Of a stretch of 64,000 nt of DNA, positions 13,056 through 23,079 are shown in pieces. Below the pieces are notes generated by a model that saw only the letters and a list, made by a program, of their open reading frames with translations, ran no database searches and had not been told where the DNA came from. This DNA is from Lingula anatina. Its lineage: Eukaryota > Animalia > Brachiopoda. A program made the position numbers and the translations under genes. Positions within the stretch are counted from its first letter, which is position 1. Each line of letters starts with the position of its first letter. Location: positions 248,001 through 312,000 of the forward strand of contig CM120649.1 of assembly GCA_051362555.1 (NCBI GenBank). The letters run 5' to 3'.

Positions 13056-14172
13056 GGCAGGAGTGCACGCCCTAGTAACGCAAGTCCGCCCGGACACTAA
13101 GTCCTGGGAATGCAAGTCCTAGGGCACGCATTGCTAGGAATGGAAGTCCTAGGACATACGTTACTAGGATTCAATGTTCGTAGGACGAAGACTCCCAAGT
13201 AATGCAAGTCCTGATGAGACGTGCGTTCCTAACATTTTAGTAACGCATGTCCTGTATGGTTAACAGCGAGAAATTACATGAATTAATGGAGGTAGATATA
13301 TACTAGTCTTAAAGATATAATAAACATTTACTTTATTTCATTAAAATGGCATTTTATTTTTAATATTTTACGAGGTTTTTATTTTCCGATAGGCAGTTTA
13401 TATGCATTTTAATAAAGTAACAAAAACAACACGGATTCCATAGTTTTTGCCTCATTTATTTTGTTATGTGTACTTTTCTTCTGGGAAACGCAAATTTTTA
13501 CATGTGTTAATACATCATTTTGGCGTACTCCTCCCTCAGTGCACAATATGTATGAACATGTTTTTTCCCGATATTTTTTTAACAGTATAAGGTACCATCC
13601 AAGGCATCTCTTCTTTTCCCCCTTTGCGATATATGTACATTATTTCATGTCCTTTTCTACTGGGGGCGTACCTTTTGTGTTTTGGCGCTTTGACGCTTAA
13701 AAAAAAAACACAAAAAAATTGTAAGTGTAATGATCAAGGAACACAAATTAGGCATTAAAAACACCGATACACATATTGTTACAATAAATAATACTGGCGG
13801 GTGGAGGGGGGGGGGGGTGAAGATCATGTCAATTGCAGGTCTCGAACCCAGGGGTCTAACAGGGGTCTAACAGTACATACATATATGCCTGTTGTAATTT
13901 AACTTATTATATACCGTGTTTACTCTCAGAAGCATACATGTATGCGCGAAAATAGTTTGCGATGAGTTGCGCCTCCTAAATTATACATCGATTTCTTAAA
14001 ATAAAAAAAGGGTCAGTGATTTTTGCCTATTACTATAAGAAAATGATATTTGGCCCAAAATTCCGTATAGTACACTGTATACTGGCACATGTACCATTGA
14101 GGAATTATCTCATCCCGTGAACTGTCTGGACCAGTTTTGCAATCAGATCATAGATTGCTCAGAATTATAATC

Positions 14173-15456
14173 TTATCCTAGCTCATTGTTTTTGATCGGT
14201 TGAAACACAGGTTGCCCCTGTCTTTCTCGCTGGACTAAGTAACAAATAAAAACTGCAGCAGCAATCAGAACGACAACGCCGATGATGATGCCAACAATGG
14301 CGCCGGTTGATAACTCCCCTGTCGTCTGCTTCATTAACAGAGGGGATTTCTTCGTAAAGAAGGTGCTGTCGGACCCCAGAGTTGTACAACTCAACCGAAA
14401 AAAGTCAATTATTGCTCTCTCCGGATGTTGGCACTTTTTCAGAAGTTCCCCAGTAGTTGCGTTCCGTACCATTTTCCCATCACTTTCCCGATAAGTGTCG
14501 CAGAATTCGCGTCCACCTGGTATGGCGGCTGGGCGACAGTCACTGCTGTTGGTACACGGTTCTCCAGTTCCAGTATAGCTTGCGTCTATCACGTAATATG
14601 GCTCGGTGACGTGTGACTTCCCATCAAAGAGATCACGAAAAGTGGAAGTCTTTGACCATACCCTCTGTAGTGCGATATCATCGCCATACTTTTCACCGTC
14701 AGGACCAGACAGGTTTCTGAATTCTCCCATAATTGCTTCCATCAGGTCAGGATAAAATCCGCGATGTGGAGTGACAAGATAGTTCCCATCATTATCTCCC
14801 CAATTAAATGGACCAAATGCTCCTAACTTAAGTATCTTTGTGTCCAGAACATCTCGGAGAAGCCCGGTGGCGTTGCTTTTGGATGGTACTGGGAACGCTG
14901 CGTAGTCGTCACTTTTGCACGTGCGTACCATAACCAGCTCAAAGGGCATATTGGCCAGGCGTGCTTTCTCATCGAGACCCTTCGTTTGCACCCTCACTAT
15001 CGCTGCATTCAGAGCTCTCGACAAGTCACGGCTTGATTTCTGTGGGGGTGCCCCATGGGGATGGGCGAAGGAGACATCCGGGACCATAAACATAGCACGT
15101 GGAGATATGAGCGTGCTGCTGAACACGTGCACATGCGCAGCATGGTGTTCTTCGGGTAGCCCAGATATCAGTCCTGCAATCAGTTTTCCATCTTTTACCA
15201 ACTTCAGCAAATCGTCAGTAGCCTTGCAACGAATTCCGAAGTATTCCTTCTCTCCGTCACATACGACAACCTGGACGTTGGGGGAAAGAACTGTTTTCAC
15301 AGACTGAAAGTTTGTGAGGGTTAAAAATCCAACCTTTTTATTATCGCCATCTTTGATCGCTTTTTGCAATTCTTCCAGTGTCTCTATGTCGTCCGCTTTT
15401 ACCGACGAAATGTTCAAGAAACTTACAAAACATATGACAAACAATGAAATCCCCAT
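14173..15456 (-). CDS. Type I membrane protein (427 aa) with a circularly permuted PBP type 2 (SBP_bac_3 / iGluR LBD-like) ectodomain, copy A
   Basis: Uninterrupted ORF. Signal peptide (..ISSVKA|DD); IETLEEL..KKVGF, LLKLVKDGKLIAG and DLSRALNAAIVRVQTKG (second-lobe and C-terminal helix motifs); then LRDVLDTKILKLG, GFYPDLMEAI, DLFDGKSH and IDFFRLSC..STFFTKK (first-lobe motifs); TM GAIVGIIIGVVVLIAAAVFICYLV; short tail RERQGQPVFQPI. The ORF call is secure; the fold call is motif inference. Confidence 0.85.
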   Translation of the reverse strand: MGISLFVICFVSFLNISSVKADDIETLEELQKAIKDGDNKKVGFLTLTNFQSVKTVLSPNVQVVVCDGEKEYFGIRCKATDDLLKLVKDGKLIAGLISGLPEEHHAAHVHVFSSTLISPRAMFMVPDVSFAHPHGAPPQKSSRDLSRALNAAIVRVQTKGLDEKARLANMPFELVMVRTCKSDDYAAFPVPSKSNATGLLRDVLDTKILKLGAFGPFNWGDNDGNYLVTPHRGFYPDLMEAIMGEFRNLSGPDGEKYGDDIALQRVWSKTSTFRDLFDGKSHVTEPYYVIDASYTGTGEPCTNSSDCRPAAIPGGREFCDTYRESDGKMVRNATTGELLKKCQHPERAIIDFFRLSCTTLGSDSTFFTKKSPLLMKQTTGELSTGAIVGIIIGVVVLIAAAVFICYLVQRERQGQPVFQPIKNNELG

Positions 15457-16112
15457 TTCTTTTGGTACCGTTGTAACTGCAAAATAATGAAGTTGACCCG
15501 GATATAAATATGGCCTTAACCACCTAATGATACTCGCTTTTAAACATTAACCCGTGATTCATTACGTTCCTCAAGCGTTTGCGTTAGGCACAGTAGGTCA
15601 GGCTTAAGGTAAATAGCGCTACAGCCCAACTACAGTTCGCTAAATTGCCTGATAAAAAGGATCGCCATGTACGGCATGGTATGTAGATTTAAGAATGAGA
15701 ATGAGTTCAATATCACACGTCTAACTTTGGTTTTAAAGTTAAAATGTACCTAGACTCGCTACGAATATCACAAATTCTATACATATATTGTATAATTGCA
15801 GGACTTAATACTTACATATATACTGCATATACATGTAGGCCATAAGGGCTTTAGTGCATGATATGGCATGTTAAAGTACATATTTATAACATGCATTAAT
15901 TATGTAAAGTACGGGGTATACGAAAGTGGTTGCTGGAAACATTTTGAGTATCATAACACTAGAAATATTTTTACCTCCAATATTTCAGTGTCTGTCTAGA
16001 AGCATTTTCATCAGGCAATGTGGCTACTCAGATGAATGGCCTCTATTCAGGGGATATACCCCAAACCTTCTGTTTTATGAAAAGTTTCAGACATAAATTG
16101 TTTTAATTGGCC

Positions 16113-16420
16113 TCTGCATTCTCCAATTATTACTTCCATCAGGAAGCCATGTGGAGTGACCCGATAGTTGCCGTCATTATCCCCCTCGTTAAATCAACCA
16201 AATGCCCCAAATATCCGCCACGTCACGAGTTTTTCGTTTAGCAACCAGATTAATACGACAACCTGGAAGTTGGATGCTAGTACTGTTTTCACAAACTAAA
16301 CGTTTCTATAGCTTAAAGATCCAACGTTTTTATTATCACCATTTTTATTGTTTTTATTCGATTCTTCCAATGTCTCTTTGACAAACCAAATGTGCAAGAA
16401 ACCACAAATGACATCGCCAT
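16113..16420 (-). pseudogene. Degenerate third copy of the permuted-PBP membrane protein gene
   Basis: Conserved start context (aaagaaATGG at 16420), then an early frameshift, ETLEES..KNGDNKNVGSLSYRNV*FVKTVLASNFQVVV, a large internal deletion, then GAFG*FNEGDNDGNYRVTPHGFLMEVIIGECR. Two in-frame stops; no TM region seen. Confidence 0.85.
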
Positions 16421-17222
16421 TTCTTTGGCTTACCTGTAACGTAAATGCGCAATGTAAAGTAACCCGGAAATAAATATGGCGTGTATAGCTTCTATAAACC
16501 ACTTAAAGTAAGTAAATGAAAAATACGCATACTTGACATTGCTGTCACGCACCAGTAAGTGCCGCAAATAATTACCTTACGTACCTGTACATGTCTTCAT
16601 TGTGTAGCACGATTAAATTTGATACACTGATAAGCAAAATAAAAATAGAAAAGTTTGTCGAAATTACACTTTTCCACAATATTCGTTTGTTCAAAGATTT
16701 GTCCCTGGTCACAGCTTATTTCTGGAAAATAATTTTTATTTCCCTATACGGAGCCTACTTTGAGAGTTCATAATGATAAGTGATGTTTTTTACATGTAAT
16801 GACAGCTTTACTCTATCATTTGCCCGGTTCATATTCATTGCCTCACAAGTGACCATCAGGAAATAAAGCTGCATGTGTTGTCGTATCTTCTATTCAAGTG
16901 TTTTATTTACTCCTTCACGTGCATAAAATAGTACTTGCAGGACTTTGTACTGATCAAATACGCCCTAAGATAGCGTTCTAGTACTTTGGAAGTACCGGGT
17001 ACCAGTAAAATTGCCTAAAACAGACACTTGCTGTATGTGTAACGTTGATAACGAGCATAGAAGAAATGTACAGAAAAAGTGTCTGTTTAGATATCTGAAC
17101 AACTCAGACACTATAAAATGTTTCTGCTTCATAAGAACATGTATATACATATATGCCTGCAGTAATTTAACTTATTATATACCGTGTTTACTCTCAGAAG
17201 CATACATGTATGCGCCAAAATA

Positions 17223-18883
17223 CAGACTTGACATTTAATATGGAATATTTCAGTTTCGAAGGTATGCCTAGGTGAAAATGCGTTCTTTTTTTTCACAAAC
17301 ACCGATCTCATATGAGATATGTGAATGAAAAAGTGTGAAGTCAGGTGTGTCGCTACCAATTAACTGAATATCAGGTTTGTTGAGCTGCTGCATTATGTAA
17401 TATGCAGTGATTTAATTGGGTAGTGCTCCTTTGGGCTGGTTAAAGCTTGGCTTTGGCAAAACATGGTTCTGTCAAAAAAGTATCTATATGTCTGCAACGA
17501 CTGCATAGAAGTATTTGAAATTTTGCATGCAAGTGGTCGGGTTTGCATTGTGTAAAATGAGCTATGCAGTGCTTTACGAATTTGTTAATCTGTGGCAGAA
17601 TGGCGCGAAAAAGACATGCACTGCCAGACAGATAATTGCGCCAAACGAAACGGTCCGCACAGTTTTATAGAGTAATGCCAAGACTGATCTACCTACACAG
17701 AGGCCACGCCCAATGTACTGAAATCTCACCACAAGGGTACAGGACCCACTGTCTTTCGGGATATGCTGTTGCAACTAAACAAAAACTACCCTGTCCGATC
17801 ATGTTGGGGGTAAATTGTCACCAAAATGCATTTTTCAAGGCCCTTAGCGAACACCAAACTGGTTTTAGCAGGTTAGAATACCAGACGACCTCCGAGGAAC
17901 CCACTGTCAATAGCTAAACATCGTTGTATGTTTCTCTAACGAATTGGGGACCTTGACTGTTTCTGGGTTGAACACTGAAATCTCGTGGCTTTCTTTATTG
18001 AGGTCAGTTTTCACCTGTACCGCCCAACAGCCAAAACAGAGTTTACAGACATCCAGAAGAGGCCAACGACGAAGCGTGCGCCGCGTATAAAGTGACTAAG
18101 GTCATTAACAGCGTCAGAATTTGGAGTGGATACCACATTGGTGCCAAAACACTAATGGTAGTCATCGACAAAATCCTGAACCAGGCGAAATAAAGAAATA
18201 ATCTGGGAACGATCTGGTTATCATTTGATAGGGGGCAACTTAGGAACAATTTTAGGTTGCACAGTGAGGTTGACAGTTCACACAGAGCACTTTTAATAGC
18301 AGATTAAGTACAGAACCAAGGGAACGAACAGCTACCTTGGTCATCAAAATCGCCATATTTGAACCACATAGACAATATGTGGGTAGACCATTACTCGCCG
18401 AATCAATGACCTACATGTCCTATAACAAAACAGGACCAAATTGGACAGTTTTTGACCGATGCCTGGAATGTTATTCCAGATTGAACTTTAAAAACCTAAC
18501 CCAAGGAATGCCTTGCCACTTGAGAGCGCTGGTAGCAGCCAGAAGAGGTCAAGCGTAACAGCGACCGTTACTGTGACTAGAGACTAACATGAGGGTCCTT
18601 TGTGGAGCGTGTGGCTCTTTTACAGACAATAATTTGAAAAATATGGAGGTCCAAAAAATCTCTTTTAATGGTTGTCGTAAGACATAGAATAGGCAATGTG
18701 TTTTTGTTTGCTTCTCTGGCGAATTCCATTAATGAACTGATATCACAATGACATCAGAGAGATAATTAAAAGATATTATAACACGATTTTAATCCTTATT
18801 TTCATTTATCAGTCAGAAAAATAGGAAAAAAACTGATGAAAAATGATTTGGAAAAAAATATTCCATATTAAATGTCAAGTCTG
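17223..18883 (+). mobile_element. Tc1/mariner DNA transposon (1661 bp) with decayed transposase
   Basis: Perfect 28-bp TIRs cagacttgacatttaatatggaatattt (17223-17250 and 18856-18883), TA duplications at 17221-17222 and 18884-18885, remnants LPWSSKSPYLNHIDNMW (WPSxSPDLNPIENxW motif, ~18331-18382) and RALVAARRGQ. The empty site is visible in the paralogous flank at 13953-13954. Confidence 0.95.
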
Positions 18884-19111
18884 TAGTTCGCGATATGTTG
18901 CGCCTCCTAAATTAAGTATCATGCATCGATTTTTTAAAACAAAAAAGGGTCAGTGATGTTTGCCTTTTACTATAAGAAAATTAGATTCGGTGCAAAAACT
19001 CTGTTTAGTATGCTGGCACGTGTACCATTAAGGAAATGTCTCAACCTGTTAATGGTCTGGACCAGTTTTTGAAATCAGATCATAGAGGATTGTTCAGAAT
19101 TAACCTTATCC

Positions 19112-20389
19112 TTATTCATTGTTTTTGATCGGTTGAAACACAGGTTGCCCCTGTCTTTCTCGCTGGACTAAATAACAAATAAAAACTGCAGCAGCAATCA
19201 GAACGACAACACCGATGATGATGCCAACAATGGCGCCGGTTGATAACTTCCCTGGCGTCTGCTTCATTAACAGAGGGGATTTCTTCGTAAAGAAGGTGCT
19301 GTCTGACCCCAGAGTTGTACAACTCAACCGAAAAAAGTCAATCCTTGCTCTCTCTGGATGTTGGCACTTTTTCAGAAGTTCCCCGGTAGTTGCGTTCCGT
19401 ACCATTTCCCCATCACTTCCCCGATAGGTGTCGCAGACCTCGCGTCCCCCTGGTATGGCGGCCGGGCGACAGTCACTGCTGTTGGTACACGGTTCTCCAG
19501 TTCCAGTATAGCTTGCATCTATCAGGTAATATGGCTCAGTGACGTGTGATTGCCCATCAAAGAGATCACGAAAAGTGGAAGACTTTGACCACACCCTCTC
19601 TAGCGCAATGTCATCGCCATACTTTTCGCCGTCAGGACCAGACAGGTTTCTGAATTCTCCCACAATTGCTTTCATCAGGTCAGGATAAAATCCGCGATGT
19701 GGAGTGACCAGATAGTTGCCATCATTATCTCCCCAATCAAATGGACCAAATGCCCCTAATTTAAGTTTCTTTGTGTCCAGAACATCTCGAAGGATCCCAG
19801 TTGCGTTGCTTTTGGATGGTACTGGAAACGCTTCATAGTCGTCACTTTTGCACGTGCGTACCATAACCAGATCAAAGGGCATATTGGCCAGGCGTGCCTT
19901 CTCATCGAGACCCTTGGTTTGTACCCTCACTATCGCTGCGTTCAGAGCTATCGACAAGTCACGGCTTGATTTTTGTGGGGGTGCCCCATGGGGATGGGCG
20001 AAGGAGACATCCGGGACCATAAACATAGCACGTGGAGATATGAGCATGCTGCTGAACACGTGCACATGCGCAACATGGTGTTCTTCCGGTAGCCCAGATA
20101 TCAGTCCTGCAATCAGTTTTCCATCTTTTACCAACTTCAGCAAATCGTCAGTAGCCTTGCAACGAATTCCGAAGTATTCCTTCTCTCCGTCACATACGAC
20201 AACCTGGACGTTGGAGGGTAGAACTGTTTTCACAGACTGAAAGTTTGTGAGGCTTAAAAATCCAACCTTTTTATTATCGCCAACTTTGATGGCTTTTTGC
20301 AACTCCTCCAGTGTCTCTATGTCGTCTGCTTTTACCAACGAAATGTTCAAGAAACATACAAAACATATGACAAACAAAGAAATCCCCAT
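19112..20389 (-). CDS. Type I membrane protein (425 aa) with a circularly permuted PBP type 2 ectodomain, copy B
   Basis: Uninterrupted ORF with ~26 amino-acid differences from copy A (~94% identical by manual count) and the same architecture. Flanks are also homologous (approx. 13875-15622 vs 17147-20593 excluding the Tc1). Confidence 0.85.
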   Translation of the reverse strand: MGISLFVICFVCFLNISLVKADDIETLEELQKAIKVGDNKKVGFLSLTNFQSVKTVLPSNVQVVVCDGEKEYFGIRCKATDDLLKLVKDGKLIAGLISGLPEEHHVAHVHVFSSMLISPRAMFMVPDVSFAHPHGAPPQKSSRDLSIALNAAIVRVQTKGLDEKARLANMPFDLVMVRTCKSDDYEAFPVPSKSNATGILRDVLDTKKLKLGAFGPFDWGDNDGNYLVTPHRGFYPDLMKAIVGEFRNLSGPDGEKYGDDIALERVWSKSSTFRDLFDGQSHVTEPYYLIDASYTGTGEPCTNSSDCRPAAIPGGREVCDTYRGSDGEMVRNATTGELLKKCQHPERARIDFFRLSCTTLGSDSTFFTKKSPLLMKQTPGKLSTGAIVGIIIGVVVLIAAAVFICYLVQRERQGQPVFQPIKNNE

Positions 20390-21526
20390 TTCTTTTGGTA
20401 TCCCCGTTCAGTACCGTTGTAACTGCAAAATAATAAAGTTGACCCGGATACAAATATGGCCTACATCTACCCACCTAATGATACTCTATAAAACTGTCGC
20501 ATAAGCGCTTTTAACTTTTAACCCATGATTTATAGCGTTACTCAAGCGTATACGTAAGACACAGTAGGTCAGCCTAAAGCTAAAAAGCGCTACACGATTG
20601 CAGGTTATTTGTGGTGGCATTCTTATACCAAGAAGTGTCAGCCCTTCACTTTGCTAAATTGCTTTAAGTAATTGCAATTTATAAACACACGTGTTAACTG
20701 TGGTTATTTACACCAATTATCTCCCTCCCAATAAAAGAGGAAACGACGCACTTTGGGCCACACTAAAGCATTATGCATTACTGTTAAATTCACCAAACTA
20801 TATTGTGAATTGTGATACTTCCATTTCCGCAATGGAGGGAGAGGCGGGGGGTTCGTGGTACAGATCTTAGTATCCACTCTTTTCTACATTTTATATTTGT
20901 ATACACTACTTTAATGTTTGTTTGGATATATATCTAGATAATCAATATTTAATTAGACGATAATTATACGGTATTACATTATTTTGGTGAAATCACCTGT
21001 TAGAGTTGTGCTCAAGCAAATGTGATTTTAACTGACTAAAATCAGTCGTTTTTCAGGCTCCTGTAAATATAAATGTAATTGTGTAATTCGCTCTTTGATA
21101 ATCGATACCTTATAGGCCTATAACTGTCATTTAGAAAAACAATTTCCTTAAGATGGAAATTTGGAATGACATATTTAATTTTTTTCTTGGAAAATGTATA
21201 AATTTAGTAAAAACAGTGTATGAGAACTTAAACCCAGTTTTAAATACGTAAATCATATAAACAAAAAAGTTGAACAACAGGCGCTTGAACCGCGTTTGCG
21301 CAATCACAAAATGTTAACACCCTTATCTTCTTGTATGAAAGGGTTGTTGCACCGTTACCAATGTAGTTAGTTGTTAATAATGTGAACAACGTAACACGTG
21401 ATTGCAGTCAATTACACATTGAAAAGTCCAGCAGTTAATCCGGGTATCGTTGTTCGATAGAGAGGCGTGTGCCGCGACGTGATGTCGATCTTGGGCGGCA
21501 TTCACAAACAGAGTCGATCCGCGGAT

Positions 21527-21980
21527 TAAGAGGGCATTTCGAACATATGATCCGCCGACTTAATGGCTGATCCTACTTAAAAGCAGTGCCGCTTGATCCC
21601 CTGATGGCCTCCCCCCTCCCTCCCCCCCTTCACACGTTCACACGCGGCATTAAACGTTTTAAATCTCGGCTTCAAGGTTTAATTGCAAAGCTCCTCTGTG
21701 TGGAGGCGGGGAGGCCATCAGAGAATTCGGTAGCGCTGCTTGTAAGTAGGGTCAGCCATATTTAGTCCGCGGATTTGTTCGTCCGCAGTCCACCTTGTTT
21801 TGAATGACCTCTAACAGATCAAATATGGCCGTCCCTCTTGAATGCTCGTCGCCTAATCCCCGTGGGTAATCTTTTCAGTGTCTATTAGGGGATTATGCGA
21901 CCAGCTTTCAAGTGGGTCGGTCATATTTGATCCGTGAATCTGTTAGTCCGTGGATCAACTTGTTCTGAATGTGCCCTTAG
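21527..21980. mobile_element. Foldback/MITE-like element with nested inverted repeats
   Basis: ~58-bp imperfect IR atggctga(t/c)cctactta(a/c)aagcag..ctgatggcctcccc (from ~21563 and ending ~21759), and outer IR taagagggcatt..gaaca / tgttctgaatgtgcccttag. Confidence 0.55.
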
Positions 21981-22685
21981 TAAACAATCAATTCAACAAC
22001 TTAACCAAATGGTGCACAGAGAGCGTTGACCCCTACAAAACCAAAAATGTTTTTCCACCTAGATGATTTATCGATAGTGTTAAACCTTGCCTCTGGCTAC
22101 CCAGACGGGCACGTGCTTTTAAGAAATTAACATAGCGTCTTGGTACCAGAATATACTCTACACGTATCCTGTGCCTGGTCATCGGAGTTCAATTTCTCCA
22201 AATTATTTGGTGCTATTGACGTCTTTTTGTGTGTATTCTGATTATATATTGCATGGTTGCAAGGCACCACTTGGTGTAGAAGATTTGATAAGATACATTA
22301 CATAACGCAATCGACATCAGATTTTTGGCCAAATCTACATACAACATTCTTATAATAGAAAACATAAATCAATAATTTAGCTGTAAGAATGCAGAATGAC
22401 TTATGTCTGAAGATTTAATGTATCTACATGTAAAAAACCCTTCTAATAAATGGATTTAGATAAGTAATAAGTTCGTCAATATAAAATGAAAATTTAAACG
22501 TTTTGGCCAAAGGTTTTCCACAGTATTAGTGATTTCCGTTCTCTTTGACTGACTGACAGTACAATGTGTCCTTGACTATTTGACAAAGCTGACAAACAAC
22601 AACCGTACGTTCACAGCACATTTATGCATTTTAATAATATTGATAATTAATAATTTTATTGAGCACAGAAATACTTTTACATTTA

Positions 22686-22688
<3 letters not shown>

Positions 22689-22761
<73 letters not shown>
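22689..22761. repeat. (TA)n microsatellite
   Basis: Uninterrupted TA run of ~36 units. Confidence 0.95.
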
Positions 22762-22764
<3 letters not shown>

Positions 22765-22860
22765 AACAGTTATGGTAGTAAATAAATGAAAAAAATGATT
22801 ATGGCGTTATACAATATACATTATAAAGAGATACAAGTAAAATGGTGGAGATCCTTTGTT

Positions 22861-23079
22861 TACGTAGATCGATTCAACTCTGTGGGGACTTTCGCTGAGT
22901 ACAATCAGCTTAACTGAATGGCGCCCTTACTCTTGTTTCCAATGTACCCGTATAATCACCAGCTTTTGCTTAACGTCAAGAGGAGGCGTGTTATTTAGTA
23001 AAGCTGATTGTACTCAGCGAGAGTCCCCACAGAGTTGAATCGATCTGCGTAGACCGATGGTGTCAGTGAGAATGGGGCC
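22861..23079. mobile_element. MITE with long terminal inverted repeats; family also at ~38627-38800 and ~60416-60640
   Basis: cgtagatcgattcaactctgtggggactttcgctgagtacaatcagctt is inverted at 23001-23050. Homologous copies share the terminus ggccccattcccac..ccatcggtcta.gtagatcgatccaact. Confidence 0.8.

Noticed and set aside
13835-13875. tRNA B-box-like sequence (GGTTCGAGACC on the minus strand)
   Set aside because: No cloverleaf or A-box found; at most a SINE fragment.
14915-15307. 130-aa plus-strand ORFs conserved in both cluster copies (also 19848-20240) and other short overlapping ORFs
   Set aside because: Antisense or alternative-frame shadows of the real CDSs; their conservation follows from the recent duplication.
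14173-20389. Functional ionotropic glutamate receptor / IR channel
   Set aside because: Only one TM helix; no pore loop, no SYTANLA-type M3 and no M4, and no nearby exons that would supply them.
14173-20389. Bacterial contaminant or ABC-transporter operon
   Set aside because: No permease or ATPase genes; eukaryotic splice acceptors, a host-type Tc1 insertion, a pseudogene copy and contiguity with TAF6.
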